Source of the DNA: an uncultured Solirubrobacteraceae bacterium
GTDB taxonomy: Bacteria > Actinomycetota > Thermoleophilia > Solirubrobacterales > Solirubrobacteraceae
Length of the DNA: 64,000 nt
Direction: 5' to 3'
Assembly (NCBI GenBank): GCA_963725515.1
Contig: CAVRZB010000008.1
Location: 137,791-201,790 of the forward strand
The number at the start of each line of letters is the position of its first letter. Position 1 is the first letter of the stretch. This document shows, piece by piece, positions 30,421-40,934 of the stretch. The notes under the pieces were generated by a model. That model was not told the DNA's origin. It saw nothing but the letters and a program-made list of their open reading frames with translations, and searched no databases. The position numbers and the translations under genes were made by a program.

Positions 30421-31341
30421 TCAGCGTCCGGAGGGGCCGGCCCCCTGGTCCCAGCGCAGGTCGTCCACGAGCCGCAGCCCGGAATCGATCTCCCTGTCTG
30501 ACTCCAGCGCCTCCAGCACGGTCAGGAACTCGGCCGTCTCCGTGACGTCATGGACACGCAGGATGTGCACGCCGCAGCGGACCCCGTGGGCGACGGCGGC
30601 CAGCGTGCCGGACAGCCGCTCGCGGGGCGGGCGGCCGGTGAGCGCCCCGACGAAGTCCTTGCGCGAGACGGCCAGCAGGAGCGGCCGTCCGAAGGCATGC
30701 AGGCGGTCCAGGTCACGCAGCGACTCGATCGTCTGCGCCGGCGTCTTGGAGAAGTCCGGGCCGGGATCGAGGATCAGCTGTTCGAACGCAACACCGTGCT
30801 GCTGCGCAAACTCGATCCGTTGCGCCAGGAAGGCCTCCACGTCCGCGGCCGTGCGACCGTCGAGCGCGGGGTCGAGCAGCTTCTGCTTCGGGGCGGCGCG
30901 GGTGTGCATCAGCACGAGCGCGGCGCCCGTCTCGGCGCAGACGTCGGCGAGCTCGGGATCTCGCAGCCCACTCACGTCGTTGACGAGCGCTGCGCCCACG
31001 GCAATCGCCGCCCGCGCGACGGCGGGCTTGTAGGTGTCGACGGAGACAGTGGCACCGAGCTCTCCGCTCACACGCTCGATCAGCGGCACGACTCGCTCGA
31101 TCTCCTCCTGCGGCGTGACCGCGGGGCGGTTCGTGACGCCGGACTCGCCGCCAATGTCGATGATCGCGGCGCCGGCCTCGAGCAGTCCGGCGGCCCGCGC
31201 GGTGCGGGCCTCGAGCGTCTGCTCGAGACCGCCGTCGGAGAACGAATCGGGGGTTGCGTTGACGATGCCCATCAGCAGCGGGCGGCCGCCAAGCTCCAGC
31301 GCGCCCCGCGCTGTGAACAACGTCCGCCGGGGGACGTTCAT
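30421..31341 (-). CDS. folP: Dihydropteroate synthase
   Basis: MGIVNATPDSFSDG, IDIGGES, SVDTYKP, NDVSG, LDPG..F.K, SRKDF, ILRVHDV. ATGA overlap with the upstream gene. Confidence 0.95.
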   Translation of the reverse strand: MNVPRRTLFTARGALELGGRPLLMGIVNATPDSFSDGGLEQTLEARTARAAGLLEAGAAIIDIGGESGVTNRPAVTPQEEIERVVPLIERVSGELGATVSVDTYKPAVARAAIAVGAALVNDVSGLRDPELADVCAETGAALVLMHTRAAPKQKLLDPALDGRTAADVEAFLAQRIEFAQQHGVAFEQLILDPGPDFSKTPAQTIESLRDLDRLHAFGRPLLLAVSRKDFVGALTGRPPRERLSGTLAAVAHGVRCGVHILRVHDVTETAEFLTVLEALESDREIDSGLRLVDDLRWDQGAGPSGR

Positions 31342-32081
31342 CGCCGAGCGTCGGCGGCCAGCGCGGACCGGAAGCGGCTCCAGAGGGCCGGCTTGGGCCC
31401 CTCGGGGCGATCGCCTTCGCGGTCGAGGCCCTCTCCTCGGGCGTCCCACGGGCGCTGATCCCTGAGCATCGGCTCGAGCCCGTCGGCGTCGGGAATCGCG
31501 TCCACCCGCCGGGCCCGGTAACAGACCGACGCCTCGAGCATCGCGGCGTGCATGCGGCGGCAGGGCGGGCAATCACCGAGGTGATCGCTCAGCCACTCGT
31601 GTTCCTCGGGCGCGACCGGCTCGCCGTCCTGCCGCCGGGCGAGCGACCGCAGAGACCGGTCGCCCTCTGCGCAGGGCACACGCTCCGACAGATCCGAGCC
31701 GCGCAGCTCGGCGCGCAGGCGCAGGCGGGCGCGGGCCAACAGCGGACCGACCGCCGCGACGTCGATCCGGGCCACCTCGGCCAGATCTGCATACGACAGG
31801 CCGATCGCTTCGCGCAGAGCGAGCGCCTCCCGCTGACGCTCGGGAAGGCGCGCGGTCGCCACCGCGAGCTCGCGGGCCACGGCGCCGTCGAGCCCGCCGT
31901 CCTCGCCCGGTGCATGAGGCAGGGCGACGTCGAGCGCGATGTGCGCACGGCAGGCGCGGCTGGCCGCCGCAAGCCGCTGCAGGCGGTCGGGCGGCGCGGT
32001 GTCCATCGCGGTGCGGGCGGCCTCCTGCGCAGCCCCCGTGGAGCGAAGAACCCGCCGGCAGAACTCGAGTGTCTCCTCCAT
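31338..32081 (-). CDS. ECF sigma region-4 protein fused to a zf-HC2 (ZAS) zinc finger; sigma region 2 degenerate
   Basis: LPERQREALALREAIGLSYADLAEV...LARARLRLR, then C...HLGDCPPCR (HxxxCxxC). Confidence 0.7.
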   Translation of the reverse strand: MEETLEFCRRVLRSTGAAQEAARTAMDTAPPDRLQRLAAASRACRAHIALDVALPHAPGEDGGLDGAVARELAVATARLPERQREALALREAIGLSYADLAEVARIDVAAVGPLLARARLRLRAELRGSDLSERVPCAEGDRSLRSLARRQDGEPVAPEEHEWLSDHLGDCPPCRRMHAAMLEASVCYRARRVDAIPDADGLEPMLRDQRPWDARGEGLDREGDRPEGPKPALWSRFRSALAADARR

Positions 32082-32127
32082 GCCCGGAGACTATCTGGAG
32101 ATGGAGACGAGCCTCAGCCGGTGAGCC

Positions 32128-34002
32128 TCACGCTGAGCCGATCCTCAAAAGGCGCGTGAGCCTGGCCGCGTTGCCCGCGCGGTCGGTCACGGTGAGCGTG
32201 AGCCGGTAGGTCCCGGGCCGCGAGTAGGCGTGCCGGGCACCGTGCGCGATCCGCGTGGAATGCCCGTCGCCCCAGCGCACGAGAATGCTACTCACCCCGG
32301 AGCCGATCTCGCCGGGGACCGGCGCGTCGGTCGTGCGCACGACGAGACGCAGGCTGGAGCCCCCCCGCTGGCGGCCGGTGAGCGTGAAGCGCGCGCTGGG
32401 CGCCACGGTATCGACCTGCACGGTGGCGGCCCGAGCCGGCGTGCCGATCCCAGCCTGGTTGACCGCAGTCACCTGCCAGGAGTGAGAGCCATCGACCAGC
32501 GGCTGGGGTACGCGGATCGACGTGCGGGCGGTCTGCGCGACCTGCACGCCGTCGATCGCCAGCCGGTAGGTCACCGGACCCCACTGCTCGCGCGCCGAGG
32601 ACCAGGACAGCACGGGGGTGGACCGCGTGGAGTACTTGGGCGCGTTCTGCGGGCCGAAGGACCCCGGCGGGTAGTAGAGCAGCGCGCCCGAGAGCTGTGT
32701 CTGCGTGCCGCCGCCCTGAACCCACACGATGGCGATGTTCCCGGTGATGTCGCCACTGGCCCAGAGACCTGCGGACGCGTCCGTTGGGCCGCCCGCTGGA
32801 GAGGAGATGAGAACGTCGGGCCCGTAGGTCGAGCCGTCGTAGAAGCGGGCGCGAATCTCGGGCGGGAAGAGGCCGCCGGGGCTGCGCTGCCAAGCCACGA
32901 GCCCGGAGTAGAACCCCGCTGTGGTGGCCGTCGGGTGGGGCGCAGCCGTGCTGCCCAACGTGTCGGTGCGTGATGTGCCGACGACCAGGCCACCGTCGCC
33001 GAGCGCGGCCGTATAGACCTGGCTCGAGGTCAGGCGCGAGCTGCTCAGCAGCCCGTGCGTCTGACCGGACTCGGCGATCTGCGGGCCGGAGGCGCTATCG
33101 GGACCACCGGCCGGCAGTCCGTCGGCCGCCACCGCGGTTTCGTAGAGCGAACCGCGAAGCCGGCGTTCCAGCACGCGTGACACCTGGCCCTGGGCGCCGG
33201 ATACCCGCTCGGTGAAGGCCACGTCGGCGAACGAGGAGTCGTCGCCCGTACCGATCACCGGCGAGTCGGCGGACACCTCCGAGGAACCCGAGAAGCCGGC
33301 AACGTCCGCCTGCTCGAATACGACGCTCGGTGAGGTTGCCCACACGCGCCGCGAGTAGACATGCCCGGCCTCCCCCCAGACGACGATCCCCACCCCGTCA
33401 CCGGCGGCCGCCACCTGCGGGCGGCCCGCGCCGACGCCGGCATCGTTGGCCGGCGATGCGTCGAGCGGCGCAGACTCGACGGCCCAGAACCCGTCCACGT
33501 AGTAGGCGGCGCGCACGTCGTGGCCGCCGCTTCCCGCCATCGTGAAGGCGAGGTAGCCCTTGCCATGGATGCTGAGCGCGAGCGCCGGATTCTGGGCTCC
33601 GGCGGCCAGCGCCTGCGGAGCGCCGTAGCCGGAGCTCGCACTGGCCCGGCTCACTACGTACAGCTTTCCGGCGTTGATGAAGGCGATCAGCAGCATGCCG
33701 TTCGGCCCGGCGGCGATCACCGGCTGCGAGGATGCCGAGCTCAGGCCGGCGTCGACCTGCTCGGGCGGGACAAAGCTGCCCGACAGCAGGCGGGCGACGA
33801 AGACGTGCTGGACCCCTCCTGAGGCCTTCAGGTAGACCGCCCCGCCGGCACCGTCGCGCGCGAGCGACAGCCCGGTCAGCGCCGTCACACCGCCGGACGG
33901 GCGGTCGATCACCACGCTGGGCTGGGGAACCGGTTGAGCAGCGGCGACCGCGGCCGCGCTCAGCACCAGCAGCAGCACGAGCGCCGCGATCAGGCGCCGC
34001 AT
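32128..34002 (-). CDS. Large secreted protein with repeated beta motifs and C-terminal PKD-like domain
   Basis: Signal MRRLIAALVLLLVLSAAAVAAA, C-terminal WGDG...HAYSRPGTYRLTLTVTDRAGN. Confidence 0.75.
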   Translation of the reverse strand: MRRLIAALVLLLVLSAAAVAAAQPVPQPSVVIDRPSGGVTALTGLSLARDGAGGAVYLKASGGVQHVFVARLLSGSFVPPEQVDAGLSSASSQPVIAAGPNGMLLIAFINAGKLYVVSRASASSGYGAPQALAAGAQNPALALSIHGKGYLAFTMAGSGGHDVRAAYYVDGFWAVESAPLDASPANDAGVGAGRPQVAAAGDGVGIVVWGEAGHVYSRRVWATSPSVVFEQADVAGFSGSSEVSADSPVIGTGDDSSFADVAFTERVSGAQGQVSRVLERRLRGSLYETAVAADGLPAGGPDSASGPQIAESGQTHGLLSSSRLTSSQVYTAALGDGGLVVGTSRTDTLGSTAAPHPTATTAGFYSGLVAWQRSPGGLFPPEIRARFYDGSTYGPDVLISSPAGGPTDASAGLWASGDITGNIAIVWVQGGGTQTQLSGALLYYPPGSFGPQNAPKYSTRSTPVLSWSSAREQWGPVTYRLAIDGVQVAQTARTSIRVPQPLVDGSHSWQVTAVNQAGIGTPARAATVQVDTVAPSARFTLTGRQRGGSSLRLVVRTTDAPVPGEIGSGVSSILVRWGDGHSTRIAHGARHAYSRPGTYRLTLTVTDRAGNAARLTRLLRIGSA

Positions 34003-35702
34003 CAGCGGGTCACCGCGATGCCCTCGGCGTCGGCCTCGGCCTGGAAGCGATCGATCTCCTCCTCGATCCGCTGCTCGCCCCATCCGAGCTCTCCCGCCAT
34101 CGCGCGGGCCACACGGGCCGGAACTTGGCTGTCGGCGGCGGCCAGCTCGCGCCCGGCCAGGAGACCCAGCCGGGTGCGGCGGAGCAACACGTCGCCGACC
34201 GTTCGGGCCTGCTCGTTGCGCGCGGCGAAGGGAGCCTCGGCCAGCAGGTCCGGGAGCCCGGGGACGATCTCCTGGGCCAGCTCGCCGCGCTCCGCGGCGG
34301 TCTTCAGCACGCCGTCGGCGGCGTGCCCGTAGCGTGCCGCCAGAGCTCGGCGCGAGTCGTCGCTCACGCCCTCGACGGCGGGCAGGACCTGCGGGTCGAC
34401 CGGCTGGCCGAGCGGGACCTCGTGCGTCCGGCACGGGGCCTGGCGACCCTCGCGCTCGACCAGGCGGTCGACGGCCATCTTGGCCATTCGGCGCCATGTG
34501 GTCAGCTTGCCGCCGGTGATGGTGATCATGCCGCTCGAGGTTTCGTAGAGCTCGGCCTTGCGCGAGATGTCGACCGACTTGCGCGAGTCGCCACTCGAGA
34601 TGAGCGGCCGGACGCCGGCGTAGGCACCGGTCAGCTGGCCGACACCGAGGCTGGTGGCGAAGAAGGTATTGGTGGCATCGAGCAGGTAGCCGATGTCCTC
34701 ATCGGACGGACGCACGTGATCGATGTCGCCGTCGTAGTTGTTGTCCGTCGTGCCGATCAGGCTGCGGCCCAGCCAGGGCAGCGCGAAGATCGAGCGCCCA
34801 TCGCCAACCGGCACGATCGCGCCGGCGCTCAGGGGAAGGTCGGCCTGGGCAATCGTGATGTGAGTGCCCCGACTCGGCCGGATCGTCGGCACCTCGGCCT
34901 CCCGGTGGAGTTCCTCCGGTCGGATGCGGTCGGCCCACACGCCGGTCGCGTTGACCACGTTGTCTGCCTGCACGGTGAACTCACTGCCCGTCTCAGCGTC
35001 GAGCACCTTCACGCCGGCCGCGTGGCCGTGTTCCTGCACGAGCTCGGTGACCTCCAGCCGGTTGGCGCAGATCGCGCCGAACCGCTCGGCCTCTCCGAGC
35101 ACGGTCAGCACGAGGCGCGCATCGTCGGTCTGACAGTCGTAGAACAGGTAGCCGCCGGTCGGGTTGCGCGAATGCAGCGCTGGAACGAGCTCCATGACCT
35201 CCTCGCCCGAGATCACGCGGTGGCGCTCGGGGCTCCAATCGGCTTCGGCGGCGTCTGCGGAGCTCGTGTCGCCGCGCCCGCCGGCCCCCGCTGCGCGCCG
35301 CGCGCTGCGACGACCCCGAAGCCCCGGCGTCGCCATGACGTCGTACATGTTGAGCCCGATTCCGACCAGCCGGTCCGGTCGTGCCCCGTCAAAGGCGGGC
35401 ACGACCATCTTCAGGGGCCGCACCAGGTGGGGAGCGAGCCTGACCATCAGCTGGCGCTCGAGCAACGCCTCACGCACCAGGCCGAGGTCGAAGTTCTGCA
35501 GGTAGCGCAGGCCGCCATGGACGAGCTTCGAGGAGCGGCTGCTGGTTCCGGCCGCGTAGTCGGCCTTCTCCACGAGCGCCACGCTGTAGCCGCGCGTGGC
35601 CGCGTCCAGCGCGACTCCGGCGCCCGTGATCCCGCCGCCGATCACGACGACGTCGAAGCGCTCGCCGGCGAGCGCCTCCAGCGCCTGCTGACGCGCGAGC
35701 AC
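34002..35702 (-). CDS. glpD: FAD-dependent glycerol-3-phosphate dehydrogenase/oxidase
   Basis: VVIGGGITGAGVALDAATRG, GTSSRSSKLVHGGLRYL, DDARL, YAGVRPL, GGKLTTWR. Confidence 0.88.
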   Translation of the reverse strand: MLARQQALEALAGERFDVVVIGGGITGAGVALDAATRGYSVALVEKADYAAGTSSRSSKLVHGGLRYLQNFDLGLVREALLERQLMVRLAPHLVRPLKMVVPAFDGARPDRLVGIGLNMYDVMATPGLRGRRSARRAAGAGGRGDTSSADAAEADWSPERHRVISGEEVMELVPALHSRNPTGGYLFYDCQTDDARLVLTVLGEAERFGAICANRLEVTELVQEHGHAAGVKVLDAETGSEFTVQADNVVNATGVWADRIRPEELHREAEVPTIRPSRGTHITIAQADLPLSAGAIVPVGDGRSIFALPWLGRSLIGTTDNNYDGDIDHVRPSDEDIGYLLDATNTFFATSLGVGQLTGAYAGVRPLISSGDSRKSVDISRKAELYETSSGMITITGGKLTTWRRMAKMAVDRLVEREGRQAPCRTHEVPLGQPVDPQVLPAVEGVSDDSRRALAARYGHAADGVLKTAAERGELAQEIVPGLPDLLAEAPFAARNEQARTVGDVLLRRTRLGLLAGRELAAADSQVPARVARAMAGELGWGEQRIEEEIDRFQAEADAEGIAVTR

Positions 35703-35807
35703 TACCCGGTCCTCGTCGTAAGTTCTGTCGTCCTTGCGGCGGGGGCCACCGAGGCAGGGTACGCGACGCGCTGGTCGTGGTGACGCAGCGAGAGCCCGGC
35801 GGCGCCG

Positions 35808-36704
35808 TTAGTTGTGCTTCTTCTTGTACAGCGCGAGCACGATGTCGTACATCTCGCGCGAGGTCTCGCCCCCCGGGCAGCATGTGGGCCCGCCGGGATC
35901 GCTGATGCCGATCTCGATGTGCGGGCCCGAGGAGATCCCGACCTGCCCGCAGCCGACCTCGGCGATCGGCTGGCCCGCCGTGACGTGCGCTCCGACGCGC
36001 ACGAGCGCCGGCGCGGCATGGCCGTAATAGATGTAGCGGCCCGCGTACTTACCGCTTGAGACCTTGAGGATGGGCGCATAGGGCCCGAAACCGCTGATGC
36101 CCTCCTGGACGATCGTGCCCGAGGTGACGGCCACCTCGGTGACCCTGGAACCGCAGGCGTTGCCGACGGTGCCGATGTCGACACCCTGGTCAAGCGTCCA
36201 GTCGTTGGGCGCGAGGACGCGCGAGATCGGCTGCAGCGGGAAGACCCAGCTCGAGGAGCCGGTCGAGCCGCGGCCCACCGTGCCGCCCACGCCACCCAGG
36301 TTCGCTCCGCCCGATCCGGCCACCGCGGCGTGCGTGGCCACCGTCTCGACCGCCCGCCGGAGCGCCGCCGCCGTTCTGACGCCGACGATGCCGCTGGCCT
36401 GCAGCCGGTGGCCCCGCTGGAATGCCCGCACGGTGCTCGCCGTCTTGGGCCCGAAGGTCCCGCTGGCATGGATCCGGTAGCCGGTCTCGGTGAGCCAGGT
36501 CTGGAGCGTCTTCACGTCCTGGCCGACGGAACCGACCCGCAGCGTGCGTGAGAAGTTGGAGTAGGAGATGGCCGAGCTGTCGAAACCACTCGGCGCCTGA
36601 GGCGCCTTGACGCCCGCGCCGCCCGACCCCGCCGACGCGCTGGCCGGCAGCGCGATGAGCAGCGCGCTCGCCAGCACGGGGACCAGACGTCTGATGGAGA
36701 ACAT
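35808..36704 (-). CDS. Secreted peptidoglycan-binding-domain + M23/LytM-like protein
   Basis: Signal peptide, PG-binding [14 protein letters not shown]...FGPKT...FQ, YYGH...[17 protein letters not shown]...GPHIE. Confidence 0.8.
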   Translation of the reverse strand: MFSIRRLVPVLASALLIALPASASAGSGGAGVKAPQAPSGFDSSAISYSNFSRTLRVGSVGQDVKTLQTWLTETGYRIHASGTFGPKTASTVRAFQRGHRLQASGIVGVRTAAALRRAVETVATHAAVAGSGGANLGGVGGTVGRGSTGSSSWVFPLQPISRVLAPNDWTLDQGVDIGTVGNACGSRVTEVAVTSGTIVQEGISGFGPYAPILKVSSGKYAGRYIYYGHAAPALVRVGAHVTAGQPIAEVGCGQVGISSGPHIEIGISDPGGPTCCPGGETSREMYDIVLALYKKKHN

Positions 36705-36838
36705 CTGCGGTTTGACATCGGCCGCTCCCCGGCGAGCACCGCGGGTAGAAGCCGAAATGCACGTCGTTATGGCGCGAAAGCTGCTGTAAACGGGCAAGCG
36801 GAATGGCTCCGTGGGTCAGATCTTGCAAATCTGTGCCT

Positions 36839-36965
36839 GACGCCTACGGAGTTAGCTGACGGGCTCGCGCTCTGATCGAGCGCTTCCCGCGGACCACCGC
36901 GGGACTCGCCCCAAACGAATTGGGTTCCCCGTCCCCTGGGATGGCTCCCCAGGGGTTCGGCGCAC
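36839..36965 (-). ncRNA. Cyclic di-AMP (ydaO/yuaA) riboswitch
   Basis: Minus strand reads GCCGAACCCC...GGGGAACCCAA..TTTGGGGCGAGTCC...GAGCCCGTCAGCTAACTCCGTAGGCG, matching the ydaO consensus. Lies upstream of a cell-wall enzyme, as is typical in Actinobacteria. Confidence 0.9.
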
Positions 36966-37160
36966 GCCACCGTACCAGAGCGCGTGGTCGGGACTCATCC
37001 GCAAAAGTCCGCAATTTGCGCGAGAACTGGCGGCAATCCTCGTTGCGCGGGCAGGGTTCGACGGCCGTCGGCGGAGTGGCGGACGTTATCAACGGGTTTC
37101 TGGTGCGTCAGGGCCCGTGATCGATCTTCATGCCTATATGGGAAAAACCGATCACGCGGA

Positions 37161-37324
37161 CCGGCCCGCGCAGCGCGACCGGGCCCGGCCCGCGGCAGCG
37201 CGCCCAGGGGTCCGGCCCGCGGCAGCGCGCCCAGAGGTCCTGCCGCGCGGCCGGGGCGCCCGGGGTCCGGACCGCGCGGCCGGGGCGCCCGCGGGTCCGG
37301 ACCGCGCGGCAGCGCGCCCGCGGC
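37161..37324. repeat. About six degenerate 24-30 bp GC-rich tandem repeats
   Basis: Units ccggcccgcggcagcgcgcccag(g/a)ggt at 37185 and 37212, and ccggaccgcgcggc... at 37267 and 37297. Confidence 0.7.
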
Positions 37325-37334
37325 CCCGCCGCCC

Positions 37335-37745
37335 CTACTCCTCCGTGTGCGCCGGATCGGCGCCGCCGGCCTGGCGCCGCTCCTGGATGAGCTCTTCGAT
37401 CCGCTTCACGGTGTCGGCCGACATCCGCTTGACCTCCCAGTGCGTCAGCTTCAGCACGCGCATCGGAGACGTGGCGATCACCGAGGCGTTGCGGGGCTCG
37501 CGCGTGAGCAGGCCCATCTCGCCGATCACGTCGCCCTCCGCGAGTGAGGCGATCGTGTTGCCGTTGCGGATCACGTCGGCGGTGCCCTCCTCGATGCCGA
37601 TCAGCTCGGTCGAGTAATCGCCCTCCTTCATCAGGATCTGACCCTCCGCGACGCTTGTCTCGGTGGCGAAGGCGGCCAGACGCCGGGCCTCCTCATCGGA
37701 CAGCTGCGAGAACAGGTAGATCTCCTTCAGGCGATTCGGGTCCAT
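37335..37745 (-). CDS. Stand-alone cyclic-nucleotide-binding domain protein
   Basis: LFSQLS, ILMKEGD, GDVIGEMGLL..EPRNASVIA. Confidence 0.88.
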   Translation of the reverse strand: MDPNRLKEIYLFSQLSDEEARRLAAFATETSVAEGQILMKEGDYSTELIGIEEGTADVIRNGNTIASLAEGDVIGEMGLLTREPRNASVIATSPMRVLKLTHWEVKRMSADTVKRIEELIQERRQAGGADPAHTEE

Positions 37746-37803
37746 CGCTGCTCCATTCTCTTGACTCGGGCGGACTCTAACCGGCAGGCGGACGGCAGGG
37801 AAG

Positions 37804-37904
37804 CCGGGATTCAGCGCTCAGCCACCGGGATTCAGCGCTCAGCCACCGGGATTCAGCGCTCAGCCACCGGGATTCAGCGCTCAGCCGCCGGGATTCAGCG
37901 CTCA
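37804..37904. repeat. 21-bp tandem repeat, about 4.8 copies (VNTR)
   Basis: ccgggattcagcgctcagcca at 37804, 37825 and 37846, one variant at 37867, partial at 37888. Confidence 0.95.
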
Positions 37905-37922
37905 CGGTGCCGCCGCCCGAAC

Positions 37923-39346
<1,424 letters not shown>

Positions 39347-39350
<4 letters not shown>

Positions 39351-39667
39351 TTCTGTTCGCCCTCCTCGATCTGCTCCGGCACCGGTTCGGGTTTCTTCTT
39401 GAACATCCCGAGCATGCGGTCGGTGACCAGGAAACCGCCGACGACGTTGATCGTCCCGAACGTGATCGCGATCACCAGGATCAGGTGCTCGAGCACGCCC
39501 TGGGCCAGGTGCATGGTCAGAATCCCGCCGAGCACGACGATCCCGTGGATCGCGTTCGTGCCCGACATCAACGGGGTGTGCAGGGTGTTCGGGACCTTCG
39601 AGATCACCTCGAAGCCGACGAACGCCGCCAGCACGAGCACAGCAATATCGATCACGAGTCTGTCCAT
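39347..39667 (-). CDS. pntAB: NAD(P) transhydrogenase subunit alpha, part 2 (membrane)
   Basis: VPNTLHTPLMSGTNAIHG, NVVGGFLVTDRMLGMF. Confidence 0.95.
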
Positions 39668-39682
39668 CAGGTCTCCCGTCTC

Positions 39683-40810
39683 CTAGCCGGCGGCGGCGCT
39701 CTTGGCGCCCTCGTGCACGATCTCGCCGCCGCGGGTCACACAAGCGCCGGAGATGATCTCGTCCTCGAAGTCGAGCTTCAGCACGCCATCCTCGGAGATC
39801 ATCAGCTCGAGCAGCGACTGGATGTTGCGCGCATAGAGCTGCGAGGCGTGCTCGGCCATCGTCGATGGCACATTGAGCGGCGCCGTGATCTTCACGCCGT
39901 GACGGATCACCGTCTCGCCGGGCTCGGAGAGCTCACAGTTACCCCCGGCCTCACCCGCGAGGTCGACGATCACCGAGCCGGGCTTCATCTTCTCCACCGC
40001 GGCCGCCGTGACCAGGATCGGGGCGCGTCGGCCCGGGACGAGGGCCGTGGTGATGACCACGTCGACCTTGCCGATCGCCTCGGCCATCAGCTCCTGCTGG
40101 CGGGCCTGCTGCTCGGGTGTCAGCTCCTTGGCGTAGCCGCCCGAGCCCTCGAGGTCGCCACCCAGGTCGAACTCGAGAAACTTCGCGCCCAGTGACTCGA
40201 CCTGTTCCTTGACGGCGGCCCGCACATCGAAACCTTGCACCACCGCGCCGAGCCGGCGCGCCGTCGCGATGGCCTGGAGGCCGGCGACACCGGCGCCCAG
40301 AACCAGCACCGTCGCCGGGCGGATCGTGCCGGCCGCGGTCATCAGCATCGGGTAGAAGCGGCCCATCTCCTGCGCGCCGATCAGGGCCGCCCGATACCCG
40401 GCGATGTTGGCCTGCGAGGACAGCGCATCCATCGACTGCGCGCGGCTGATCCGGGGCACGGCCTCGAGCGCAAAGCTGGTTACGCCGGACTGGGCCAGGG
40501 CCCGCACGCCCTCGCCGTTGGTCAGCGGCGCGAGAAAGCCGATCAGGACCTGGTCAGCTCCGAGCCGGGCCGTCTCCTCGGCGCTCGGGGGCGCCACCTT
40601 GACCACGAGGTCAGCTCCCCAGACCGCCGTCGCGTCGGAGAGCGTGCCGCCCGCCTCGGCAAACGCCTCGTCGGGGATCAGTGCCCCCGCGCCGGCGCCG
40701 CGCTCGACGAGCACATCATGGCCCTGGCCGGTCAATTTCCGCACCACCTCGGGGACGAGCGCAACCCTGCGCTCGCCACCCGCGGTCTCAGTCGGGACGC
40801 CGATCTTCAT
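39683..40810 (-). CDS. pntAA: NAD(P) transhydrogenase subunit alpha, part 1 (dI)
   Basis: MKIGVPTE...ERRVALVP, RISRAQSMDALSSQ, GAGVAGLQA, DVVITTALVPGR. Confidence 0.96.
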   Translation of the reverse strand: MKIGVPTETAGGERRVALVPEVVRKLTGQGHDVLVERGAGAGALIPDEAFAEAGGTLSDATAVWGADLVVKVAPPSAEETARLGADQVLIGFLAPLTNGEGVRALAQSGVTSFALEAVPRISRAQSMDALSSQANIAGYRAALIGAQEMGRFYPMLMTAAGTIRPATVLVLGAGVAGLQAIATARRLGAVVQGFDVRAAVKEQVESLGAKFLEFDLGGDLEGSGGYAKELTPEQQARQQELMAEAIGKVDVVITTALVPGRRAPILVTAAAVEKMKPGSVIVDLAGEAGGNCELSEPGETVIRHGVKITAPLNVPSTMAEHASQLYARNIQSLLELMISEDGVLKLDFEDEIISGACVTRGGEIVHEGAKSAAAG

Positions 40811-40934
40811 GCGGCGCGGGAGGCTATCGCGTTAGGACGCCGCGGCGCATGCGGGCGCCCGTTGCCCGTGTTTCAGGTGCGTTTTGGCCCGCAAATGGGT
40901 AGGGGAGCGAAGTGCGGCGATACCCGAGCAACCG

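Noticed and set aside
33732-35783. 683-aa + strand ORF
   Set aside because: Antisense to glpD; no independent motifs
37804-37904. GCTGAATCC in the VNTR resembling the 5' end of a ydaO riboswitch; also considered as a CRISPR
   Set aside because: No other riboswitch elements follow, and the units are contiguous with no spacers
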